Of a DNA stretch of 64,000 nucleotides, positions 37,236-49,404 are shown in pieces. How positions within the stretch are numbered: position 1 is the stretch's first letter; each line of letters begins with the position of its first letter. Source of the stretch: Rhodosorus marinus CCMP1338 (taxonomy: Eukaryota > Plantae > Rhodophyta); contig JAMWBK010000009.1 in the NCBI GenBank assembly GCA_029953675.1, forward strand, positions 868,001 through 932,000, written 5' to 3'. The notes beneath the pieces are model-generated. The model did not search any database, had not been told where the DNA came from, and saw nothing but the letters and a program-made list of their open reading frames with translations. The translations under genes and the position numbers were made by a program.

Positions 37236-37804
37236 CAGTGATCAAGTGAAAACCTTTCCACCCACCGCAACAAAACAACTCAGAATCGACTCTACTACTC
37301 ATACATCTTCTCACAGCAGAAAGGCCAAGAATGGTGAAGCCCCTGAATCCAACCGATTCCGGTCTCTTCGCGAAATATCGCATACCCTCCTGCTTTGCCA
37401 ATCGTCGGAGAGCATTTCTGGAACCTCCTTTCGTTGATAAGATCACTTGAAAATCGAAATCTTTCCTGTGCAGAGTGCCACCCTAACACAAACTCTCCTG
37501 TCCTGAACCTCACTAAACAGCATGAGCTTCCCCAAGCATTGACTACTGCACCCAGCGAATGCTTCTGACACCTCTGGCGGCCCCCCTTTCAGTCCCCGAA
37601 CAACATTGACGATCGGGATGATGACGATATCATCGAGGAGGATAGGTTCTCCCTAGAAGACTCTTATGAAGTCTAATAAAACAGCCTCAGACTTGACCGG
37701 CTTGGACCATCCGTCTCGCACACCAGTCTCCCCAGCAGGCACCCATTGAAAACGAAAAACAAATAGTCCATTTGCTTTTTGCGGATGAGTTTTGTGTATT
37801 TATT

Positions 37805-37826
37805 TTTGGCGCGAAATATTTCCCGC
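37805..37826. promoter_or_regulatory. E2F sites: overlapping dyad TTTGGCGCGAAA plus TTTCCCGC
   Basis: Exact TTTSSCGC matches about 570 bp upstream of the MCM10 start codon. Confidence 0.7.
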
Positions 37827-38482
37827 CCAATTTATTTTGGATCGATGGGCGAGATGTTGGTGCTGGGGGGGGCGGATGAGTTGGAGTGGGAAGGGGGTGG
37901 GGGGGAGGGGATGGAGAGTTGGGATGAATGGAAGAGATATCTTCCTGACTGAAAGGCTTTTGTTGGACTCTCCTGTTTTTAGAATCTCGTTGCGATTTTT
38001 TGGGGCAAGTCGTGACAGGTTTGAATCCTCTTCTGAAGCGACCAGATCTGTTTTGTTGTTTTTTTTGTTCGTGCCGTTTCTGGACGAGGGTTTTTGCTGC
38101 TTGGTTTAAGCTGGTTTCTTATGTGTTGCTGATTTTGACTTCTTGGCATATGTCTTTTGTTTAAGCTGGGATTTTTTTGGAAGGTGATATCCTCATGGAA
38201 CGTTCAGAGGCGCGGCGTAGTGAGGCCGGAATCTGGCATGCATATCCTTGGAGCCGGGCAAATAGGAGGGAGCCCTGCTCCGTTCTTGGTCTATCCAGCT
38301 CTCCTATAACGTCGCGACTTTGTCGTCTACAGTCTGTCTGAGCTGGAGCAAAGCCCATCAGCTTCAGCACTTGAAATTTGCCAGCTGGACGGCCTGGTGC
38401 TTATCTCGATTCTATAGTTAATGATAATCTCAGTTATCATTAGGCAGGGGAACAATCGGACTTGGGAATTCAGAAACTCAGC

Positions 38483-39535
38483 CTACCAAGAAGTAGTTTG
38501 CTTGCACGCTACGGCAGATCGACTACGATGGGCTTACAGCTCCTGTTTCCCTCAAATTTGGAGTACTGTGCGACGTTCGCGAAGAGGGTGCCTTTGTCAC
38601 CCTGCCTCATGCTGCCATACGAATTATGAATATGCCCAAAGACGTGAATTTTGGGATCAATTTCCATCACCTACGAGGTTCAAAGCCAGTCAATCGATGG
38701 TAAGGACACTACTAGAACGAAACGGTTGAGTCCAGGCAAGGGAGGAATAGCGCACCTTTCGCTCAAGCGCTTGACATCCTACATGACCGCCGCTCGATGG
38801 TGAGTCGAGTATTCCGTATGGAGGTCCATGCGTGATCAACACATCAACTCTGTCGGGAATCTTAGATATCATTTCCTGTGTGTCCGTAGCGTTGTACAGC
38901 TGAAACACTCCAACAAACTTTTGAGCGAGTGCGGGACCGGGGGGAGCAGGGTCAGCCAAGGTTACAGCGAAGCGGTGATTGCTTCGATGAGATGCAAGAA
39001 TACCTTTGGGGTGAAAGGAGATCCGTAGAAAACATACCCGTCTATTTCAACTTGGGAGTCCTGAAGATAGATGGCATTGCTCAGAGTATCATCGGCTTCT
39101 GCCTTTGACATTATACCCAGAGCGAAGTCCATGTTGCCGCCGATAACAATCTTGTTACGGTGCGGAAGCGTCCCTAACCATTCGTTGAATCTGAAGGGGG
39201 AAAACCGCATAGGCAGTTGCATAGCGCTCTAGGTTAGAACACAAATCTCGCAACCTCTGCGTTTCTAGGAAGGCACGGTCATCTCATCCTCACCTTCGTA
39301 TGTCACTTGCTGAACCTCCCTCTGTAAAGTCTCCGGCATGAATGAGCACGTCACCGTCTGGAATCTCAATCTCTTGATGGTAGTCATGCGTGTCTGAAAT
39401 ACAAACAAGTCTCATCGCCTTATCGCTTTCGAGTCTTGGTGCAGTGCCACCTTCGCTCTCTCCACGAAACTTCAGCAACGCCCAAAAACAGGTAACCGCA
39501 CAAACAGCTACTGCCAGCAAAGCCGTCCTACGCAT
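38483..39535 (-). CDS. MPPED-like calcineurin-type metallophosphoesterase with N-terminal signal/anchor; 4 exons
   Basis: CISDTH, IHAGDFT, GGNMD, LITHGPP and HVFGHIH motifs lie across GT-AG introns. The 3' end is approximate. Confidence 0.88.
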
Positions 39536-40086
39536 CCTCTTCAAACATTTGTCTAGTTGAGTATCTCGACCAGAGCGGTACACCGTGGCTCCTTTACCAA
39601 AGGCTCGCTCAAACCCACTTAGAAGACAGCATAAGCAGCGATGAAAGATATACGCAAGGCAATTTTGTACTCTTCTCGTCTTCAATGTCCCTGTATGGAT
39701 GTATTCCCAATACCGAGATATCCTCTTTCCTAAGGCATGGCCAGACTTCGGTGGTATTCACTTAACGAATCTTCCGCGGAGTTTCAAGTTCGGACGCATT
39801 CGCTTCTCTTGGATGTGTATACGGATCCGAGCTCAGCGGATCATAACCCTTCCATGGGTTTTGATCCTATGGTATTTCTTGAAAGACGCGAATCTATAGA
39901 GTCGGTTGAGATCCTCTCTGAGACCAAAGTCTGCTCGGAGTAGGGCAGTTGACTGGTCTTGTTGGCTGTGAAGACCGTTAGGAGCGCTGTAGCATCGATC
40001 GACGAGGTGCCTGAGGTAGATGCCGAATCGGCATCAATTGATAGTCACGTCTGAGTTTCGCTGAGGTGTTGATTGTTTAAGTCGAC

Positions 40087-42167
40087 ATGGAGCGAATGGC
40101 GATGGAAAGTTATTGCAAGTGGGAGCTGAATCAAACTCTGGTGAAGGAGGTCAGAGGTTGGCTTGCAGAAGGCAATGGCAAAGGTTTTGATCGATTCAAG
40201 AGTAGGCTCCAGTTTGGAACTGCGGGGCTTCGTGCTAGGATGGGACCTGGTCTGGATCGGATGAACACAGTAGCGGTAATGCAAGCCACGCAGGGGGTTC
40301 TCAAACATATTGAAGAGAAGTTGGGGCCGCAGAACGGGACCTCCAGAGGAATCGCGATAGCATTCGACTCACGACACAACTCTGAAGTGTTTGCAGCCGT
40401 AACGGCGACAGTCTGTCTGAGAAGAGGCTTCAAGGTCCTTTTCCATGATACCCCTGTCCCCACGCCGATACTAGCATATACAGCGAAGCTGAGATCTACA
40501 GCTGCAGCTATCATGATCACTGCCTCTCACAATCCGAAAGAAGACAATGGATATAAACTTTACGGGGAAGATGCTTGCCAGATTATTCCCCCAAATGACG
40601 AAGCCATTCAAAAGCTCATAGAAGAGAACTTCGAAGTATGAAACTCGTTCCAATTCTGATTTGCGAGATGCAGATTTGTCTGGAATCTGAATCGCTCTGT
40701 GGTAATCGTTTCGTCCAGCCGTGGAGTGACTATTCAGATGCTTCAATCAACTCCGTGACCTCAAACAAGCTCTGCAGTGTTGTTACGAATGACGTCGTCA
40801 GAGAGTATCTCAAGGAAGTGACGCAAAAGCTCCAGTACGTCGTCGCCGCAATACTCACGAAGTAGCAAAAGCTGGATCGCTGACATGTGTCATTGTTTCA
40901 ACAGTCGGGTTGCATCGGAGATAAACTCAGCGTCTCCAAGAATCGTCTATTCAGCATTTCATGGCGTTGGAGCAAAGTACGTGAAGTTAGTTTTTGAGAA
41001 GTTTCGGCTGCCGGAGTACATTCCAGTTGAAGAGCAGCTGTTGCCGGATCCGGATTTCCCAACGCTCGGATTTCCCAATCCGGAGGAGGGAAAAGGCGCG
41101 ATGGAGCTCTCCATCTCGACCGCGGAGGCATACGGCTCGAATATAATCCTAGCTAACGATCCTGACGCTGATAGATTGGCGGTAGCAGAGAAGCAAGAAA
41201 ACGGGCAGTGGAGACTCTTCACGGGTACGTTGGTTCATCAACGTCCCACTAGTTCTGTTTTTGCTAACTGAGCAACTTGAAAACTTGTGTCTCAGGCAAC
41301 GAAATTGGTGCTTTGCTTGGCTATCACCTTTGGGAAGTGGAGGGCCAGAATGCGCCTGAGGGTCAGAAGTTTTGCATGGTATCATCTGCCGTCTCATCCA
41401 AGGCCCTTGGGGCTATGGCCGCAAGAGAAGGATTTGTTTTTCTTGAGGCTTTAACGGGCTTCAAGTGGCTATCCCACGTTGCTCTCGAAGCTCGTTCTGA
41501 CGGCATCAAGCCGTTGGTGACCTTCGAGGAGGCGATTGGGTTCATGCTCGCTGACGTGGTTTACGACAAGGACGGACTTTCGGCTGCCGGTGTGGCTGCG
41601 GAAATGGTTGCTCAGTGCTATCAGTCAGGAATGACTTTGAGCAAACGGCTTTCACAGTTCTACGACACATACGGGTACTGTTGTAAAAGTTCAAGACGGC
41701 AAGCTGGCCCCGGTTCGTGGCTGACAAGATTTTTTCTTCCGTTTAGGTACTTTATTGGCTACAACGGGTACAGAGTGTGCAGCGATCCATCGACAATGAG
41801 GATGATATTCTCGAGACTGCGAGAATACAGAGCCGGGGGTGATATTGATGGAACGAAAATTCATTCGACAAGAGACGTCGGAGCCGGTACAGATACAGCC
41901 GCATCGGACGGGAAGTCAGACCTTCCCACCGGAGGTGGGACGGACTTCATTACTCTCCGACTCTCTGTGGACCTTCTCGGGACGGGAAAGCCACAGGAAG
42001 CTCCCAATCTCATTCTTTGCTACCGGGCGTCAGGCACGGAGCCGAAGTTCAAGTTCTATTCGGAGCTCTGCTGCTCGAGGGAAGAAGTAGACGGTGGCGC
42101 TCACGAAAAGCTTCGAGCTATAGTAGACAGCACGACCGAACATGCCGTCAATTTCACAACTAACTAG
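40087..42167 (+). CDS. PGM2: Phosphoglucomutase/phosphopentomutase (PGM2-type alpha-D-phosphohexomutase); 5 exons
   Basis: [32 protein letters not shown] and RASGTEPK. Confidence 0.95.
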
Positions 42168-42399
42168 CCCCGAAAGTTTGCTCTGTGCGTTTCGATGGCT
42201 TTCCCGCTGATGAGTTGAGGAGTTCCAAGCAAAGGACCGAGAAGAGAGCGGTGTTCATCATTCAACGAATGACCATCGAGCTTGGAGGGGACTAAATCCG
42301 CAGAAAACCCCTCCACGGGTTCCAGTACAAACGGAGACGACGACCGGGGGAGGGGACCTATGTATACTAAGAACAAGCTCTACTAACAGCTTGCCCTTT

Positions 42400-43570
42400 G
42401 CGACTATGACCCCAAAAAGCATATACTGTTCCATATACACAAAGCCATGTTGTAAAAAAACAAAACACAGCCGAGAGAATGCCAAAAATATAAAAAAATA
42501 CAAAAGAACTGTACAGCCCAGGGACACAACCAAAAAAGCTCTTTAACGACCCAAAAAAAATATGTCGCCCATTCCGCGGAGCTCAACTCACCATTTCTCA
42601 ATCAAATGGGGAATGACATCCACTTCCCACCACCCACTCCCCACCACCCACCAATCGGGCGTAAAATGCATCCACATCCCCACACTCAAAACCCTGCCCC
42701 AAAAACCCTCTACTTCTCACACCCACCCCCATCAAAAAATTGATATTAAAATCGAACGACGGCTTTCATCAATCCAATTACACGTTGAAAACAACTTTTT
42801 ACTCATTCTATTGGTTACTATCTCCGGGTAACGGACAGAATCAAGTTATTATTGGACAAACAGCAAATCTCATCTCCGCAGGAGAATACCATTTAACCAA
42901 TCATCGGCTAAGCTTAACATAACCCTAGATACTCTCAATGGAGGCCAATCAAATGCTTTGAAAAGAGCGACACCCCCAGAATACTTGAAAAACAAAAATT
43001 AATAATAGGGCGATCGAGAAATCTATTTTTACGACGTACTTGCCCTTATATAAATGGCTTAATATATTGATAATGAAAATAAAATTTTGAAACACTGAGT
43101 TATTTACAGCTGATAATTGGATGATAGTTCTTAATAAGAAGAAGTGTTTTGCTGGATATTGGTTTATTTTAATAATAAATAATATCGTTGCGAGATAAGA
43201 TTGGAAGATGTTGCTGTAAAATAGGAATGAAAATATGTTCTCATTGATTAGTGAAACCGTTTCACAACCGCAAAAAAAATATATGGGTATTTTTAAGGAA
43301 AAAGGATGTGAGTGGGTGGGGTTGAATTGGCCGAGTTTTTAGAAACTTTTTTGATGAAAAAGTGCTTTTAGTTTGTGCGGGTTACGATGGGAGGTAGGTT
43401 TGCTAGGGAGCGGGGGGGGGTGCGGGGTGCGGAAAGTGGGGGTTGGTTGGGTTGTGTGGGTTGAGGGAGAGAATTGAGCTGTGTGGTGAAGGGCAGTTGT
43501 TGTTGTTGAAGGTGTGAAGGTGAGGTGTTACCGTTAGAAGGGGGCTGTGGTTTGTGGGTGAGGCTTTTTT
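42400..43570. promoter_or_regulatory. Bidirectional AT-rich promoter island with C/A-rich left flank, G/T-rich right flank and CCAAT boxes
   Basis: Base composition switches across an AT-rich core. CCAAT/ATTGG occurs at about 42771, 42806, 42851, 42897, 42946, 43116 and 43201. Confidence 0.6.
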
Positions 43571-43573
43571 TTT

Positions 43574-46500
43574 ATGGAGGGTCATACTGAGCTCGAGGGC
43601 GAGCTTTCGGAGCGGCTGGATGAGACTCTGTCTCTGAAACCCCAGCCTAAGTGGTGGGAAGATTTGGATTGTCATGTGCATAACATCGCCTCGTATGAGA
43701 ATTGGGACCACCGGGAGTGCTGTGTTGGGAATGCGGATGAGTGGAAGTCGGCAATTTGGGATTACCTTCCGGACGCGAAGGAAATTCCTCTTGTACGTGT
43801 AAAAATCAATACTAGCGAAATTCGTCGTTTTCATACGGGATTGCAATGTCGCGGAGCCTGACATGGCTCGTGTGGTGAATGTTTTTCGCAGGTTATGCAT
43901 CAGATATGGGTTGGGCCGAAGGAACCGCCATGCGTATGGCTTGATACCTGGAGAGTAAAGTACCTCCATGATAATCCAACGTGGGATTACAAGCTCTGGA
44001 CCGATAAGGAGGTGAGCCCACCCAGTATGACGTTCAAAACGCTCGCAGCAAAGCGCTAAACGGTTCCGTTGAACGTCGCAGGTTGAGGACTTAGACATGA
44101 TCAATCAAGACCTGTATGATATGGAAGGCATGTATCAATGCAAAGCCGATATTCTGCGTTTGGAGATTCTGTACAAGTATGGGGGCGTCTACATCGACGC
44201 TGATATGGTAGGCAGCGCAGTTCCGGCGCTAAAGGACTTCCACTCGACCTGCAGAGAACTTAAGAAGCGACCTTTTCGCACGTCGTTGTACTAGGTTTCT
44301 CTGGAAAAAAGCTTGGATAAGGTTATTAAGATGGCTGATGACACAAAGTTCCTAATCATGTTCGAGCCCGACACAAAGGACAAGCCGTACTCTGTCATTG
44401 GCAACTCCTTCATTGCAACAACACCCGGCCACCCTCTCGTAAGAATGCTGATCATGTACATCCGCAACATTTATCACCACAAGAGGTAGGGAGACCGTCA
44501 CAGTTGATCTTGAAGCGTGAACTTTCCTAACCTGTTGAACTTATGGTGCATATTGCAGGCCGTACCACGGGGTTGAGTGGGTAACGGGCCCATTGGCATT
44601 TACAAAGTGTCTGGTACATCCCGATATGCCTATGAGTATCCCTCCGACGTCGTACTTTTACCCTCAGTTCCACTACGTACCCAATCCCGACGCTATTAAT
44701 CTGGACATGTTCCCTGAGTCCTATGCGTTCCAGTTCGGTTACACCTGCTCGGGTCTTGAGGGTTGGGTAAAGAATAACAACCGATGCAAAAAGGCACTTG
44801 ACTGCGCTGCGCATAAGAGACGCAAGGACTGGCCGTTTGGGGAGCTTGAACCGTTTCCGGAGAATACGTATGAAATGGTTGAGTACGGCGAAATTCCGAA
44901 GGTCATTCATCAGTTTGTTTTCCAGGACAGTTCCGGAAAGCCAGAGAGATGGATGCGCACGTGGTACGACCACTTTCTCCAGAGCGTGGGAGACGGGTGG
45001 ACTTATAAATGCTGGGATATTCAATCCTTGAAGGGCGGCAAATACTTCTGTCCGCACATGTACCGCGACGATCGTCAAATGGAAGAGGATGCCCTGGAGA
45101 TCTTAGCAATGGAGATTATTTATCGCCACGGGGGATACTACGTTCCCTTGACCAGTTTTTACAGTGGTGAAGGAAGTGAGTAGCGGCGTTGAATGAAACT
45201 TCGTCCAGTTTGTAGACCCTTACAGTCCTCAACCTCTCTTGTACAGGACTACCGAAACTTTTTGAAGCTGATACCCACGTGTCCGGGTCTGGGATTGTCG
45301 GTTCTGTTGCTAAAGGGAGGAAGCTCTTCTTCCAGCTCAAGGGCGCGTATAATGGATCGTCTACAAACCGCTTCGAAGTACGTTCTTTCACGCTACTAGG
45401 GAGTGTCGCATGTTGAATCTGATCCAAGTTCGATTTCCAGGATGACGACAGTCCAGCCAAGACCGATATCGTAAGTCTTGGATACTCGGATGCGAGTGCT
45501 GTCTATTGTCAGTTCCCGCAGTGGTCCAGGTTCCTCGGAGCTGAGGTCTTGTTTGACGCGACGAACTCAAAGCAAACTGAGCAGGCAAGTAGCTCAGGGC
45601 TGATCCTTTCCAGGGTTGTCCTTGTGCAAGTGGCTGACTTCAACAATTTCCTCCATATCCACGAAAACCGCAGACTATGCTTTGCTGGGCTTATGATTCC
45701 AACGTGCCTTGTTACAAGGTTGGCCGAGGGAAAAACTGGAAGATCCAAAGCGGTAAGTGATCACTGCATGTGACGAATTATATTTGCCTGATGATCTCAC
45801 GGGCGTTCGAAGTATAATTTGTGCTAATGCTCTCCTCGAACTTGTTGAGCAGAAATTTCGAGATGTGTTGTTGCAGTCGACCCGGAAGTTGGAAGGTTCC
45901 CTTCTCTGGTGAACTCGCTGCCTGGATTTCTCAAGGGGCTGGATGAGGAGGACCCAGATTGGGAGGTTCTGATCTTCGGATTGGAATGGAGTGCAGGCGA
46001 AAATTCGTTTACCAAATATCGCGTGACATCACAGTTCACCTCGCCAGATTGCAAACATCTCGGTAGGAAGTTTCGACATCGTTTCACTTCATAGGCGAAT
46101 TTTCTAACTCCGTGTGAGCACTTGTGGACCATTCCAGGAATTGCCTTCAACACAAACTGTGCGAGATTCATGAGCGACAAAAACGATTCGGCGTTTAAGA
46201 ATCTGTTCGAAAGGCATCGTGAGATCAAACTTTATGTCGGAGTTCAGAAGTTCGAGCACGAGAGGCAGCTTGCGCAAATCTTCAATTCTATACCATCCAT
46301 TCAGAACGCTTTCCGAAAGCTAGCTGGGCATGAAGCTCCCTTTGAGTTTGAGAGATACGAAACTCATGGGTCTTTGCTGAAGGGATTCCTTGGAGATCGC
46401 CTCTCCATTGAGCTCAGTGCTGACGCAGAAAATCGAGTAATGTACCGCTCATGGAACGATGACGGAGGGCTGAACTCTGAGATGAAATTGCAGATGGGAC

Positions 46501-46704
46501 AGGCTAACGATACAGTGGATTGGATGAGAGTCTACTTCGCCCACGCGGTACGATTCAGCTCAACAATACCAAGAAATTTGCTTTTTTGCGCTTTTTTGAG
46601 CTTTTTGGCTAATTTGTTTCACTCTCTGGTGCTTCCTTCGTGTTTTGCTTGTCAATTTTCATCAGGTGATTTTCAACGCAAACAATAAGCCGGTTTCAGT
46701 TTAA
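43574..46704 (+). CDS. Large protein with tandem GT32/DXD-type glycosyltransferase sugar-binding domains; many introns
   Basis: Domain 1: HQIW..KADILRLEILYKYGGVYIDAD..NSFIA..HP..TGP. Domain 2: EIPKVIHQ..EIIYRHGGYYVP. No signal peptide. Confidence 0.85.
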
Positions 46705-47396
46705 CTGAGAAGTCATCCCATTAAGCTGGATTGTGCCCCTCTCAAAGGAAACAAATTCTGATAAGTAAATACGAAACAAATACCCTAGCACGTTGCGGTT
46801 CCTAGCGTCAACTTCCAATCCTAGCACAAAAAGGCGCATGCTCGCGTGTCAAGGGGTACCTTCACACAGCATTGAAACCTTCTTTACTTGCAGGTCGCCA
46901 AATATTCACACTACAATACGAGCCTTATGACGAGACCATCCAGTACAAGCTTTTTCTACCGGCCTTGCGGGGAAACGGTGATTTGATATTAGCGTTTCCT
47001 GGCATTCACCAGCTTCCGACTACGAAGGCTCCCAAAGAGTTCCTTTCGGTCTACCTCTTTCCACAGGTTCCTTTGCATTATACATGACGCGTTGTTCGTA
47101 AAAGCTGAGATTGCACTGTGGCTCGCAGTCTGCATCGTAGTCGACTAGAAGCCACCGGTGCGTGAAGAGTTTCCAACCGGCTTCGTCTGGCATAGGTGAG
47201 CCGGCTACAAGCCATGACTATCAATTGGCAGAAGAACCAACTTTGCACCGCCGTAGTTCTAGACTTTCATGCTACTTTGCTTCTGCAGGAGCGTCAATCG
47301 CTCGCCTGAATTCTCCTGGTTGGCAAGTGCGAACTACCAGGGACTTACCAATCCTCGCTCTCCATATCGTACTATACCTGCTCAAGTGGACTTGGG

Positions 47397-48564
47397 TCAT
47401 TTCAGTTTTTCATCTGCGTCACTCATTCCCGATGATATGTCGATGCCGTAGTGCTTCTGAATACGAAGTCTCTGCGCTTCGATCCCAACCATTTGTACCG
47501 CTCTCTGTACTCGCTTTGGATCGAGAGAATACGCATCGTAGAGTTTTCTAATCCGCGAGGCGTGCTTGTCATATGTACTGGCTTCAGAAAGGTCTACATG
47601 ACTGTAAGCAGATCCAATGATGATACATGCTGCCGCAATCTCCGTGCTTGAATGGGTAATGTGAGTCTCGTTTCCCATTGACTCAACCAGAAAGTTGATA
47701 GAAGCCTAGAGGGGGGTTGAGCATTCGCAACAAATCAGAAATGCTCCTTGGAGACTGCCTCTCATTAGCACCATCCTTGTCAGTACCTGGTGGACATGCC
47801 TCCCTGTGGTTCCCGCGCCGAAGAGTTCTGTGATCATTTCCTTGATCTTGTCGTGGGGGAGCACAACATTGAGATCGAAGTTTAGCACTCTCAGTACATC
47901 TCTTTCCGCTGTCAGGAGCCGAATCTTTTCGTCAAAAAAGTGGACGTTGTCCTCAGTAATCTCTTCTCCATCCGGAAAATCCTTTTGGATCAGGGGGAAA
48001 CGTACACGTGCTTAGTGGGACTCAACATTAACGACGGCCCTCAATAGTTGAAGAGGAAGAAGAGCCCTCGGGGTTATCAAGTTCATTACCGCGGAATCCT
48101 TCGTGTATACTTTTCGACAGCAATAAATAATATCCTTACATGCCCTCAGGTACTCACAAACTTTTCCGGAGACGAACAAGGAGGCAGCCGCAATGGCTTC
48201 GACATCGGAGCCTTTCAAGCTCTCAACAAGAAAATACCTTTCCAGACAAAATTCGAAACCCCCAAAAAGCTCATTCCCTTAGCTTGCGGAGCCGAGTACC
48301 CCACTCAAAAACAGAATAGGAAACCGATCTAGAACGATGCAAGTGGTTCTGTGCGTGATTTTCGCATCCTCACCTTCTAAACAAGATAATAGCAACGTAG
48401 GCAGGAAACCCAATGAGCCTCAACAATACCGCACCCTCCTGCATTTTCTCAACGTGCCGATTCAAAGTACTCAGTTCTTCCTCGTAGCTTATACCGTCGC
48501 TTCTCGACGGCGTGTACAACCTCAGCTCCTCCTCATCAAACACCCAAGTCTCATCAGTCCCCAT
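47397..48564 (-). CDS. Transcriptional cyclin (cyclin K/T/L-like); spliced
   Basis: WVFDEEEL..TPSRSDGISYEEE, VAIILFRR|YFL, AAASLFVSGKVCE, and a second cyclin box (EIAAACIII). Confidence 0.85.
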
Positions 48565-49404
48565 CCTTCCTCAACAGAAGCTGCATACAGACTATTCACA
48601 AAGCCCAGAGTGACTGAAAAAAGTCCTCCTTGAAGACAACTTTCCCCAGCAAAAGACTCCACTCTTCTGACTTTCGCCTCTCTGTCCAAGATATCCTCTC
48701 AGAAACGTTCTCATCCCAAAAGCCCAAGCCGGATCGTCAAGAGCCCATCCTAATCGGGAGTACATTTGGCTGCAACTGTACATTGGACTTCTACCGGCAC
48801 GCTCTTAGCTGCAAACCACGACTTGCAATCTTCACGGCAAGGCTTCATGGAATTTAGATCATCCTGACAAGGGCTTTGCTGAAGACGGTTGGCGCAAGGG
48901 TTCCGATGCCTGGTGAGCCTGGCAAGGTCTGTCAATTGTCCTATTCTGCAAGTCGACCGTAAGTCTCCGAGGCCATAGCACGTCCAGTGTTTGTCTTCCG
49001 AAATTTGGCAGCTCGCTTGACTCCTGTGAAGTCACCTCCGCGTGAGTGTCGAAGGGGAGTCACAAGCTTGTGACTCTTCGGTCCATGTTCTCTGCACACC
49101 CACCCCAGGGATTAATAGTTTTCCAGTCAACTGCATATACCCTTCAGCTTCGGAGTTGTGGAAGAACAACCCACGCGTAGGAGGAGCTTTTGAAGGCTAA
49201 GAGGAGTGAGAGGACCAAAAGTGGACAAAACAAGCTGGAACGGTTGACCGTTTGAGCAACTCCCATCTTGTAGAGAAGGAATGGGGCTACGTTTTAATGT
49301 TTGCACTTTCCTATCGATCATATTTAGCAAAGATGTAACCAAGCTCCACTGGCCCTCGTCACGTGGACCTATTTCTAGGCGTGGTAAAAACCTCGCGTCC
49401 AGCC

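Noticed and set aside
36841-37437. 198-aa plus-strand ORF
   Set aside because: Antisense to MCM10 exon 1; Ser-rich shadow of acidic codons.
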